Virus record (IMG/VR): IMGVR_UViG_3300032260_000007
Coordinates: 1 to 50,890 of that record
Strand: one strand, 5' to 3'
From: a virus
Lineage: Duplodnaviria; Caudoviricetes
DNA: 50,890 nucleotides
Position numbers and translations under genes: made by a program
The notes under the pieces: model-generated
Seen by the model: the letters and a program-made list of their open reading frames with translations, nothing else
Databases searched by the model: none
Told to the model about the DNA's origin: nothing
Part shown: positions 19,934 through 29,011 of the stretch, piece by piece
Position numbering within the stretch: the stretch's first letter is position 1
Layout: every line of letters begins with the position of its first letter

Positions 19934-21010
19934 ATGTCAGATCTACGTACTGATTTTGTTGATCTAGAAAACTTTCATACACTTAATCATAATGAAACTA
20001 ATGAGCAAGTTAATATTAATTCTAGACCAGCTACAAATTACACAGTCACACATTCAGCATCTGGTATATTAACTCTAGATGCTCTAAATGGGCATAGCCA
20101 AACTGTAACTGTAGAGGCTGATATAACGGATTTTTCTGTTACTAATTTACCGGATGGATTACCATTCTTACTTATACTAGTTGGCGATGGTGTATCCGAA
20201 CATGAAGGAGATTTTAGTTCAATTGAGTTAGATGATGCTAATACATTGTCTGATACTATGTCAATTAAACCTACTGCTAGGTTACATATATGTTTTGTGC
20301 AGCATACTATAGCTGCTGTTAAACATTGGTGGGCGGCTGGTGGAGTAATTAACTACTCTGGTACCGAGTCGGTGGTACCATCTGGTCTTAGTTTGGTCGG
20401 TGTAGCTGAACTAAATTATACTGGTAGCTGGTCGTCCACCCATAGTATACCTTTACCAACGGGTATCGTAGAAGGAGATCTAATTGAGATTTTGGTTTCT
20501 ACACAAATGGACCCTGTTAGACCTAATCCAAGTACACCGTCTGGTTTTACTCAACGTTGGGACGCTGGCGGCGACGTAGGTTATAGACCTAGGGTCGCTA
20601 AATTCTATAAGATTGCTACTGGTGGGGAATCTGGTTCGGTAGCGGTTAGTTGGAGTGAATCTTTAAGGGCGCATGGATGCTCAATGGTATTCCGTGGGGT
20701 AGACAATGCCATACCTTATGATGTAGCCGCTCCTACTGAGTTTGTCGGATCAGGTAACCCAAATCCACCGGGCGGTACAACTGTTACCGACAATTGTTGG
20801 GCTATTGCTTATTGTGTTGGTAATTTATCTGGCGGCACTCCTTCAACAATCTCATCAGGTTACACATTGCTAGTCGACCAAGATGCTGATGATAGATCAT
20901 TTGTGAACTGTTACTTCGCTATGGGTGTGGCTGGTGCTGAAGATCCGGGCGCTTATACTTGGAATACAGATAACTCTACTGCTATGACAGATTTTCTGAG
21001 GCCGGCATAA
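19934..21010 (+). CDS. Minor tail/fibre-associated protein
   Basis: LPTGIVEGDLI...TPSGFT...FYKIATGGE...VFRGVD beta-domain. Confidence 0.65.
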   Translation: MSDLRTDFVDLENFHTLNHNETNEQVNINSRPATNYTVTHSASGILTLDALNGHSQTVTVEADITDFSVTNLPDGLPFLLILVGDGVSEHEGDFSSIELDDANTLSDTMSIKPTARLHICFVQHTIAAVKHWWAAGGVINYSGTESVVPSGLSLVGVAELNYTGSWSSTHSIPLPTGIVEGDLIEILVSTQMDPVRPNPSTPSGFTQRWDAGGDVGYRPRVAKFYKIATGGESGSVAVSWSESLRAHGCSMVFRGVDNAIPYDVAAPTEFVGSGNPNPPGGTTVTDNCWAIAYCVGNLSGGTPSTISSGYTLLVDQDADDRSFVNCYFAMGVAGAEDPGAYTWNTDNSTAMTDFLRPA

Positions 21011-22551
21011 TGGGATTAAACGGATACTTAAATTCATTATGTACAATATCGCATCCATATGCTGGACCTATCTATATAGGCGCACCTACACCTAAATACG
21101 TTGGTTATAGGAATGATATATTACCACGTAACCAAGTACCAGAATGCACACCATTACCAGAGAATATAACGCCGACTGGCTCTGGTAGATTTAGAGATGC
21201 TTTAAATTTATCAACGTGGAATACATGTGTTAATAATGCTCAACCTGGTGATGTTATTAGAATCATAAATAGCATACCAAGAAACTTGACTGCAAGAGGG
21301 ACTAAGTATAATTTACCCGGTGGCACTGCTGTAGATGGGACTGAAGAAGACCCTATAACTGTTATTTCTGTCGATGATTCATGGATCGACCCTGGTGATG
21401 TATCCAATGGTTATAATGGCCTAGAGATAGCCGGTCTGGATCATTGGAATGTTGTAGGTGTAAATGTTAAGAATAGCCAGAATGGTATAGCTCTAATAAA
21501 CGTAGAAGGTACTGAATCGTACCCAGTGCGTGTTGCTAGGTGTAAAGTTCAGAATATAGGCCGTGCAGGTATTATATTTAAAGGCTGGTGGCAACCTGTA
21601 GTAGCCTCTAATGGTGTGGCTCCAATAGGAGATGGTAACTCATACGGTTATAGTAAGTATATTCTTTGTGAAAAAAATGATATTACTCTTGTGGGACGTT
21701 CTAGTTCTGCCGATGGAATAGGGATTGAATTAGGTTTAAAGGGTACGCCAGGTTGGATATCTTATGCCAATGAATTTATTATAAGATATAACGAGATCTC
21801 GCACTTTACATCTAGTGGTATTTCACCTTGGCCAGGCTGTAGGAATTTTGCAATACATGATAATATTATTAGATCTGGTGCTGCTCATGATGGCGCCCCA
21901 TTAAATCTATGTTACATGGTCTCTGATATAGACTCTAAACCGGGGTGGATGCCTGGTGACATTTTAGGTTATGTGGAAGGCAATAGAGTATTTGATTTAA
22001 ATATATCTGAAACTACAGACATAAGTAACGACTATATGTGTATGATGGGTATGAGTGGTTTGCGTATAGCCAATAATTTATTCTGGGCTTATCCAGATGG
22101 AGTTTCTCCATACAATCCAGCCATAGTAAAACAGGCACCTAAAGTTGGTACTCCGGCTCTTGCTGATTATGGTACTGCCACAACTTGGTTACGTAACAAT
22201 CTTTATTGGGGTAAAGGTTATGAGGATCTAGGTTATGGTACTTTTGGGACACCGTGGGTATGGGGTAGCTTTAGTCGCATAAATGATATCTATGCTTCAG
22301 GTTACTCAGGTGGTCAACATGCGGCTACTTCAGGTGATTTTGATGGCGCTTTAGAAGCTGTAGGCTATATAGACGGGGCCGATAATAATGGTTGGGGTTA
22401 CGGCAGTAGCTTTGATTTAGCAGATCTGTCTCCTTTAGTAGGTGCCGGTACCGCCTTTACTGTTGCGGACTTGTTTATCGAAAGAGATATTTCACAAAGA
22501 ATTATTCCTGCGTCCACACCTAATCCCGGACCATTCCAAAGTTATTTATAA
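21010..22551 (+). CDS. Right-handed beta-helix protein (tailspike/depolymerase-like)
   Basis: NAQPGDVI, GTEEDPITV and repeated IRYNEI/IHDNII/VEGNRV/IANNLF turns. Confidence 0.75.
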   Translation: MGLNGYLNSLCTISHPYAGPIYIGAPTPKYVGYRNDILPRNQVPECTPLPENITPTGSGRFRDALNLSTWNTCVNNAQPGDVIRIINSIPRNLTARGTKYNLPGGTAVDGTEEDPITVISVDDSWIDPGDVSNGYNGLEIAGLDHWNVVGVNVKNSQNGIALINVEGTESYPVRVARCKVQNIGRAGIIFKGWWQPVVASNGVAPIGDGNSYGYSKYILCEKNDITLVGRSSSADGIGIELGLKGTPGWISYANEFIIRYNEISHFTSSGISPWPGCRNFAIHDNIIRSGAAHDGAPLNLCYMVSDIDSKPGWMPGDILGYVEGNRVFDLNISETTDISNDYMCMMGMSGLRIANNLFWAYPDGVSPYNPAIVKQAPKVGTPALADYGTATTWLRNNLYWGKGYEDLGYGTFGTPWVWGSFSRINDIYASGYSGGQHAATSGDFDGALEAVGYIDGADNNGWGYGSSFDLADLSPLVGAGTAFTVADLFIERDISQRIIPASTPNPGPFQSYL

Positions 22552-22561
22552 GGAGTTAATT

Positions 22562-23056
22562 ATGGTAGCAACTGTATGTAACATTGCAAAAGGCAGAATA
22601 ACAGAGTTCCATAAAAGAGTAAATGATAACGATCCGGCTAACTCTGCTCTTGTGGTCGTACTACTTAAAGTTACAGAGTCTCATGCGTTACTGGAAGATT
22701 ATGATACTTTATCTGCTTTACTAGCAGGTAGTAATACTGAATGTGATTTTACCAACTATACACGTAAAATTTTAACTGACACCGATATTGGTGCGCCAGT
22801 TATAAATGATACGAGTGATAGAGTCGAACTAGATATGGACAATGTAGTGTGGACTGCTGGTGGAGGGGCAGTAAATAATACCGTATACACTATAGTTGTT
22901 TGTTATGATGACAATACAAGTAGCGGCACTGATGCAAATATAATACCAATGGCTGTTTATGACGCAAACATACTTGTTCCAGGTACCGGCGTGACTACTA
23001 ATGGATCTGATCTAACTTGGGTAATTGATGCACCAGGATATGCTAGGGCCGAATAA
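22562..23056 (+). CDS. Minor virion protein
   Basis: NIAKGR...PANSALVVVLL...DYDTLSALLAG..E..FTNYTRK; AAGGAG SD. Confidence 0.7.
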   Translation: MVATVCNIAKGRITEFHKRVNDNDPANSALVVVLLKVTESHALLEDYDTLSALLAGSNTECDFTNYTRKILTDTDIGAPVINDTSDRVELDMDNVVWTAGGGAVNNTVYTIVVCYDDNTSSGTDANIIPMAVYDANILVPGTGVTTNGSDLTWVIDAPGYARAE

Positions 23057-25170
23057 TGGCCTATCCAACTCATGAAGATGTAACAGAATCAACTACAAGA
23101 GTAGCTAACACAAGCCATACTGTCTCATGGCCCACAACCACAAACAATAATGATCTATTATTACTAATAGGTACATTTGAAGTTGGTATGACTGTACCGA
23201 CTGCTGCTGGTGGATTTACCGAATTAGATTCTGATGGCAGTAGTGGTACTGCTTTTGTATGGGCAATGATAGCTGACGGTACCGAATCTGGTACTTTTAC
23301 TGTTACTTCTGCCTCATCAACTGAAGCTGCATTTCAAATATGGAGATTCAGTGGTACAAAAGGTGGTATAGTTTTAGGTACTGATCTAGAAATCTCTACC
23401 CATAACTTTTGGGGAACTTTCCCATGGTCAAACTCAGTTACTCCTACTTGGGGAACTGAAGATAATAAGATTCTAACAACTCTACATTCTAAACCGGATG
23501 GAGAAACACCAGCTAGTATACCTACTGGGTTTGCTAATGATACTACTACTGTATCCGGTTCCCCTGACCCACCATATCTAGTAGGGTCTAGTACTGCTAC
23601 GGAATCGACTGTAACTGAGAATCACAGCATTAATTATCCAACCGTATCAGGTGGGATAAAAGATGGCGATTTTATTATTATCACGGCAGGTGCTGACCAA
23701 GCAGCAAATCCAGGAAATGTCTACCCTCCTAGTGGTTTCTCAACTCTGATCGGGGCCGCCCATGGCGCTACCCAACAAAAACTTTATTCTTGGTTTAAAC
23801 GTGCCGACGGAACCGAAACATCGGCTGATACGGAAACATGGACTACTAGCGCTAGTGATCCAGCACTATCTCAAACCCACATGCGTATCTATCGTGGAGT
23901 CAATACTGGCGCAGATATTGATTCATGGAAAGTTAGCTCTAACGCCGGTGGTACTAGTGCCGCACCAGATCCAAATCAAGTACCTAATGTTCCATGGTAT
24001 CCACCAGAAGGATCACGTTGGATAGCAGTAGGTGTTGCCTATTATAATGGTGTTACAGTAAGTTCAGCTCCGTCAGGTTATGCTAATCTCGTTGGCGCTC
24101 CGTCTGGCGGCAACATTACCTTAATGACTTCGGACTTCACAAGTACTGCTGCATCAGAAAATCCTGGTGCGTACGGTATCAATACTAGTGATGACTGGCG
24201 TACCCATGCAATTGCATTAGCACCAGCGGACCCTACACATGCTGGCGTAACTGGTGCATTAGATGATGATAATTCCGCTACCGTATCTCCTAGTGCATGG
24301 TCATGGACAGATGGTGAAACATCTACTGAATGGACAGTAGCTATACGTCCCGGCAGTAGTATAAACATGACTGGTGAGGTAGCTAGCGAACTAGACACCG
24401 CTTCAGCTAATGATTTAACACCTACTGGATCGGCCCCAATTGGTGGTGATATAGCTGTTGAAGTTGACACTGCTTTCGATAGTCAGCTTTACAAGGGCAC
24501 TGCTATATTTGCCGGAACAGCCAACGAAGAAGTAGCCTCGCATAACGATGGTGTGGATGGTAACTTCACCGGTCGTGTTTTATTTGTAAGAGTTAATGAA
24601 GGTATTAATGGGACTAATAGATTATACTTTGATCCTAGGCTAGTGCCGGTAGGTGCATTAGACTTTACTAGTATCAATGGTAATGTGTGGACTGTTAACA
24701 ATACCGCTGAAATTGTTGTACATAAAACAGAGACCATCACTAGAAAAGTACCTTCAGCCAGGAAATCGAATGTTATTAACTTTGATGAGGATGGTTTCAA
24801 TCGCCCCGTAACCGGTTGCGCTATTATTGGGTCAGGTGAAGGATTAGAACAAGTTACAGCTTATGTAAATGCTTCACAAGGTGTGGTGCCTTTATGGGAA
24901 AATAAAATACAACGCACTGAACAAGATGATGTTGATGAACTTATTAGAGCAGGTAAACAGAATCTAGCTTCTAATCCAGATCGTGCCGGTCAAATAACAA
25001 TAGATATAGATCCTAATATAGTACCAGATGTTAATGTAGGAGATTTAGTAAGATTAATAATACGTGATGGCTTTACAAACATAGATACTATTGATTTTTG
25101 GGTAGGTTCTATTTCAGTTACTTTAACTAAAGAACAAGATACTATTGTAAGAATGGAGCTTGCACAGTAA
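23056..25170 (+). CDS. Tail protein: two repeated beta-domains fused to a LamG-like remainder and the hub C-terminal half
   Basis: Two ADGTE-containing repeats, ExDTA repeats, then GTAIFAGTA...; C-terminus has IIGSGEG, PLWE and VGDLVRLII hub-type motifs. Confidence 0.7.
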   Translation: MAYPTHEDVTESTTRVANTSHTVSWPTTTNNNDLLLLIGTFEVGMTVPTAAGGFTELDSDGSSGTAFVWAMIADGTESGTFTVTSASSTEAAFQIWRFSGTKGGIVLGTDLEISTHNFWGTFPWSNSVTPTWGTEDNKILTTLHSKPDGETPASIPTGFANDTTTVSGSPDPPYLVGSSTATESTVTENHSINYPTVSGGIKDGDFIIITAGADQAANPGNVYPPSGFSTLIGAAHGATQQKLYSWFKRADGTETSADTETWTTSASDPALSQTHMRIYRGVNTGADIDSWKVSSNAGGTSAAPDPNQVPNVPWYPPEGSRWIAVGVAYYNGVTVSSAPSGYANLVGAPSGGNITLMTSDFTSTAASENPGAYGINTSDDWRTHAIALAPADPTHAGVTGALDDDNSATVSPSAWSWTDGETSTEWTVAIRPGSSINMTGEVASELDTASANDLTPTGSAPIGGDIAVEVDTAFDSQLYKGTAIFAGTANEEVASHNDGVDGNFTGRVLFVRVNEGINGTNRLYFDPRLVPVGALDFTSINGNVWTVNNTAEIVVHKTETITRKVPSARKSNVINFDEDGFNRPVTGCAIIGSGEGLEQVTAYVNASQGVVPLWENKIQRTEQDDVDELIRAGKQNLASNPDRAGQITIDIDPNIVPDVNVGDLVRLIIRDGFTNIDTIDFWVGSISVTLTKEQDTIVRMELAQ

Positions 25171-25171
25171 A

Positions 25172-25492
25172 ATGGATGCCGCACTTAGTTCTGATATGGT
25201 GTTACCTTTATTGGTCGGTGGAGCTAAGTTTGGTGCCCCTATTGCATTTGCCACTTACCTATTTAGAATTGTTAGTAGCGCATATAAAGATTCTATAACC
25301 CAATACCAAAACTTAGTTGTCACTACAGAGCAAAATAATGATCTGCTAAGAAAAAGAATTACTGAACTTGAAAAGCAGGTAAAACAACTCTTGGATCAAA
25401 TAACTGAATCTAGATTTAAAGAATTAGCATTGTATACTAAAGTTCAACTTCTTAGTGTATTACAAGATGAGACTGACAGGAGAAATACATAA
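25172..25492 (+). CDS. Membrane protein with coiled coil (lysis cassette, holin-like)
   Basis: N-terminal hydrophobic segment followed by a heptad coil. Confidence 0.55.
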   Translation: MDAALSSDMVLPLLVGGAKFGAPIAFATYLFRIVSSAYKDSITQYQNLVVTTEQNNDLLRKRITELEKQVKQLLDQITESRFKELALYTKVQLLSVLQDETDRRNT

Positions 25493-25755
25493 TGACACCT
25501 TCAAGTTTAGCCGCTAAGGTTAAGAAAGCAAAAGATAGGCTAGCTGTTCTATTAAGCAACATGCTAACCTATCTTATATTAGCTCAAACTGGGCTTACGT
25601 GGGTCATAGCAAATGATGTACTTGATTTTGCTCCACAATATACTGAGTGGGCAGTTGTAAGTTTATCTGGCGTAAGTGCTGTAATTATATTTATACGTCG
25701 TGTTGCTCCTGTTGAAAAGGGTGAGAGGGGTTTACTTAGTACTGACTCCAAATAA
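25492..25755 (+). CDS. Probable holin
   Basis: 87 aa with two predicted TM segments and RRVAPV; AGGAG SD. Confidence 0.6.
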   Translation: MTPSSLAAKVKKAKDRLAVLLSNMLTYLILAQTGLTWVIANDVLDFAPQYTEWAVVSLSGVSAVIIFIRRVAPVEKGERGLLSTDSK

Positions 25756-26307
25756 TGCAGGATATATAGCATTCATCCTTTTATAGTTATCTTGGATGTT
25801 ACTACTGGATCTCAACACTGAGTTTCTAAGATTTCTACTAACTTGTTTATTAGTAGTTACATAGGTTAACAAATGGCGCATCGCTGAGTTTATATCAGGT
25901 GCGCCATTTGTGCTTTTCGAGCCCTTTGTGTGGAATCCATAGGCTTTAAGTTTCGCTTCTGTCCACAAAACTTTATCTCCCATAGCTAGTGCTGGTGATT
26001 GTGTAACGAATGGAATATCATAGTGTGCACAGAATAATTTAATTACTCCTATATATTCACAGGATATGAGACTTAGACCTTGATAAGCATGGCCTTGATC
26101 GTTAGTTATAACTCTATAATCAAATGTTTCAAATACTATAATTAAGTCTCCATGAAGTTGATAATGTAAATCTAAAAACTCCCATAGGAATTTGTGATGA
26201 TTTTTACGTAAAATAGCTCCTGTGTAGAATGTGAAATTTTTCTCATCTGGTGACGACAAGTGAGCTAAACCAGTAACTCCACCTGGATCTATTGCTAATA
26301 CTTCCAT
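25732..26307 (-). CDS. RuvC-like Holliday junction resolvase
   Basis: VLAIDPGGVTGLA, IIVFE, DINSAMRH RNase H-fold motifs. Confidence 0.75.
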   Translation of the reverse strand: MEVLAIDPGGVTGLAHLSSPDEKNFTFYTGAILRKNHHKFLWEFLDLHYQLHGDLIIVFETFDYRVITNDQGHAYQGLSLISCEYIGVIKLFCAHYDIPFVTQSPALAMGDKVLWTEAKLKAYGFHTKGSKSTNGAPDINSAMRHLLTYVTTNKQVSRNLRNSVLRSSSNIQDNYKRMNAIYPALFGVSTK

Positions 26308-26408
26308 TGTAAGCTACCTAAATCTGGCATCGATTGTTGCTCGCCTATTAAAGAAATTAAAATTATATAAAACACTAAGAATGCTACTGATATTACCCAT
26401 CTAGTCAT
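26295..26408 (-). CDS. 37-aa membrane peptide (not in the ORF track)
   Basis: MTRWVISVAFLVFYIILISLIGEQQ...; fills the gap between genes. Confidence 0.5.
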   Translation of the reverse strand: MTRWVISVAFLVFYIILISLIGEQQSMPDLGSLQWKY

Positions 26409-26412
26409 TTAG

Positions 26413-26577
26413 TTACCTTAATAATATCCAACCTAATAAAAATAATGAAATTATTATAAATACCAACGCCACAATTATCAAAAATAAAACACCAATTAAT
26501 AATGCATTGTTTGAATTGTCTAATGTGTCATGTACTTTATTGGCTACTATATCCTGTAATGTGAAATTTTTATGCAT
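26413..26577 (-). CDS. Small membrane protein
   Basis: Long C-terminal hydrophobic helix. Confidence 0.55.
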   Translation of the reverse strand: MHKNFTLQDIVANKVHDTLDNSNNALLIGVLFLIIVALVFIIISLFLLGWILLR

Positions 26578-26914
26578 GGGTCCGCCACAAGTCATGAGTA
26601 TTAATTAATTTAATATCTCTTTCACGTGCCTCACGTACAATATGTGCCCTTGTGTTTGGTTCTATTAAATGAAAATTGTTTACTAATATTGTTACATTCC
26701 GTATACCAATAAAAGGAAATTGTTGTGCTAAGTCTATAAAATAGATTTGAATATTTAGTCTAGCTAGTTTAAACTCTTGTATCCATAACTTCATTTCATC
26801 ACTGTGAACGTCATATACATATACATAACTGTCATTTATTGACGCCCAATAAATAGCAAATTCAAAAAGCCTTGCTACATGCTCATCACTATCAACTGAA
26901 AGTGTTTGTGTCAT
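26570..26914 (-). CDS. Degenerate mini P-loop protein (paralog of 29910-30254)
   Basis: Aligns by eye over its length; Walker A and B are lost. Confidence 0.6.
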   Translation of the reverse strand: MTQTLSVDSDEHVARLFEFAIYWASINDSYVYVYDVHSDEMKLWIQEFKLARLNIQIYFIDLAQQFPFIGIRNVTILVNNFHLIEPNTRAHIVREARERDIKLINTHDLWRTHA

Positions 26915-26945
26915 TTATAGTCTACCCTTCGCTTATAGCCCATTA

Positions 26946-26991
26946 CAAAAGGCCACATGATTATAAATATCGATTACAACCATGTGACCTT
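26946..26991 (-). terminator. Intrinsic terminator
   Basis: 18-bp stem with G-U pairs on the minus strand, followed by a U-run. Confidence 0.7.
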
Positions 26992-27002
26992 AAGCTCACT
27001 TC

Positions 27003-27656
27003 TTATTCAATTAGTTCAATCTGTCCTTGAAATGTAAATGCGTAGTCAGTCTCTTTTATAGTAAGTATCACGGAGTTTTCTTGGAATGCATTGTCAATGA
27101 TAGTTAATGTGTCATCTAGTCTAGCTGCATAGGCCATATCATTAGTAATACGATACGTACCTGGACTAATATCTACACCTACCAAATACACACCCCCAAC
27201 AAAATTATTGAATACTGGGTCTACTACAGGCATATCTTCCACACGTATAGCAGATCCGCCTAACTCAACAAAAGCCACATCATCAGTCACAATCAAAAGT
27301 GACAAACCATTTAGAGTAAAGTCATTATTTAGGATTCCTTGGTCTTCATCAAGGATTGCCCAATAATCTTCCACCCTATAAATCCCAACTTCAAAGTCCG
27401 TACCAACAATGTAAGTACCAGCTTCATAGATAGGAGCAACTTCTGTTTCGGCTGAATCCACATGCTCTATCTCGCTCAGAACCGATGCATCTGGCATTGA
27501 GCTTTCATCGTCCGCCAGAGCATCAGAATCGCTCTCTGACGAGCTTGTGGTGCTCGTTGGGGCTACCTTCACGTCATCTAGTTGTGTGGCCGTACAGCCC
27601 GTTGTGGCTACTATAGTGCCCAAACAACACACAATAAAAATTACGAGTTTCTTCAT
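27003..27656 (-). CDS. Lipoprotein with a tandem repeated domain
   Basis: MKK, hydrophobic stretch, TTGC lipobox; GTYIVGTD..GIYR and GVYLVGVD..GTYR repeats. Confidence 0.8.
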   Translation of the reverse strand: MKKLVIFIVCCLGTIVATTGCTATQLDDVKVAPTSTTSSSESDSDALADDESSMPDASVLSEIEHVDSAETEVAPIYEAGTYIVGTDFEVGIYRVEDYWAILDEDQGILNNDFTLNGLSLLIVTDDVAFVELGGSAIRVEDMPVVDPVFNNFVGGVYLVGVDISPGTYRITNDMAYAARLDDTLTIIDNAFQENSVILTIKETDYAFTFQGQIELIE

Positions 27657-27713
27657 TATCTATTCCCTTTTCCATTACACTTTATGAATTTAAATTATAG
27701 ACTAAATCTTTAC

Positions 27714-27935
27714 TTAGTCATCTTCCATTACCCATATATGCCAATTTTGTTTTAGCAACTCACGGTCACTTACTGCCTGTACACGAGCATCAAAAAATAA
27801 ACTAAGATCCTCTGTAGGCAGATCGGTAACCGAGATTTCCTTAAAAACATAAACTGGTGGGGGATGTTGTATACCTGGCTCTTTAAGTGTTATTTCATAG
27901 ACATTACCATTTATACATATTCTGTGAGATTCCAC
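27714..27935 (-). CDS. Hypothetical protein
   Basis: 73 aa ORF in operon. Confidence 0.55.
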   Translation of the reverse strand: MESHRICINGNVYEITLKEPGIQHPPPVYVFKEISVTDLPTEDLSLFFDARVQAVSDRELLKQNWHIWVMEDD

Positions 27936-27940
27936 TATCC

Positions 27941-28219
27941 CTACTCCGTGGTTTTTGATTTGGTGAAATAGCTTTCATAGGCATCAGGATAATATTTCTT
28001 TATGTACTTTAATAGTTCTGTGTATTCTGGTATAGATATTACCCAAGTGGCCAATAGAGATACCGACAAGTGTGCAAGTCCGCTATGAGCATCAATACTA
28101 ATTCTAGGTTTATTATCTTCACTCTTTTCATAGTAAGTTATATATTTAGGTGAAGTTAGTAAGTTACCCATAGATGTAATTTTTTGCATAGCTTTTGTAT
28201 TTAGTCTTTGTCTAGCCAT
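27941..28219 (-). CDS. Hypothetical protein
   Basis: 92 aa ORF in operon. Confidence 0.6.
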   Translation of the reverse strand: MARQRLNTKAMQKITSMGNLLTSPKYITYYEKSEDNKPRISIDAHSGLAHLSVSLLATWVISIPEYTELLKYIKKYYPDAYESYFTKSKTTE

Positions 28220-28256
28220 TTTAACTGGGAACCTTCCCTAATGATGTAGTGTATGT

Positions 28257-28517
28257 TTATAGTTGGGTACTGGAATTGTCGATTGCATAAACTCTACCGT
28301 CCATAACAGGTGTTGGTCCGTCATTAGTTAATACCACTGCATTACAATCAGTTTGTTTTCTAGCATTAGCGAGCAGGTTTTTATAATTGTTAAACGCCAT
28401 TGCTTCTAATTCTGCCGACGACTTCATACAGGTAAAACATAAATATTGACCATTTTCACCATAAGGTCGAATATCATGCCTCTCTTTATCTTTTTTACAG
28501 ATATAACATTTATTCAT
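28257..28517 (-). CDS. Small Zn-finger-like protein
   Basis: CYIC...RPYG..G..LCFTC. Confidence 0.65.
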   Translation of the reverse strand: MNKCYICKKDKERHDIRPYGENGQYLCFTCMKSSAELEAMAFNNYKNLLANARKQTDCNAVVLTNDGPTPVMDGRVYAIDNSSTQL

Positions 28518-28519
28518 AG

Positions 28520-28996
28520 TTATGCCTTACTATCAAATACTGCTTGACGTACTGCACAATCTTTACCTTCGGCCAGTTTACGCAGAGCAACGGTTAGTTC
28601 GGGACCATCGCTCAATCGAGTAAGCAGATAAATAACCATTTCTGTAAACGCACTAGATATTTTTTGCAAATCCCCGTTCAGATGTTCGTACTCAAAAAGT
28701 AGGGCCATGTGCTGAATAGATGGATGACGGTCTTTTACAATTTCCTCTAGTTGCTTTTGTGGAGTTGTCTGTTCTTCTGCAAGTTCATAAGAAATGCTTT
28801 GTACTTTAGAGTCTATTGGATATGGATTACCCTGACTATCTAATGCCAACCAACCATCATCACAACTCATTTCTCCTTCGGATGTATCTACAGAGAATGG
28901 TTCATTAATTTTAAGCATGTATGTAGTGGCAACTTTCCTCCAAGCCCGCCATCCCGAACCAGGCATATCATCTTTAGTGAATGTTTTACGTGTCAT
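28520..28996 (-). CDS. Two-domain protein (PGDYG-like plus helical hairpin resembling Acb2/Tad1-type proteins)
   Basis: TSEGEM...GNPYPID...SYE; FEYEHL..LQ...GPELTVALRKLAEGKDCAVR. Confidence 0.6.
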   Translation of the reverse strand: MTRKTFTKDDMPGSGWRAWRKVATTYMLKINEPFSVDTSEGEMSCDDGWLALDSQGNPYPIDSKVQSISYELAEEQTTPQKQLEEIVKDRHPSIQHMALLFEYEHLNGDLQKISSAFTEMVIYLLTRLSDGPELTVALRKLAEGKDCAVRQAVFDSKA

Positions 28997-29011
28997 TATT
29001 TATCCTTTGTT

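Noticed and set aside
18860-24500. Invertible or excisable cassette, intein, or ribosomal hop explaining the split hub
   Set aside because: No convincing direct or inverted repeats at the junctions, no recombinase gene and no intein terminal motifs; the distance is far beyond known bypassing.
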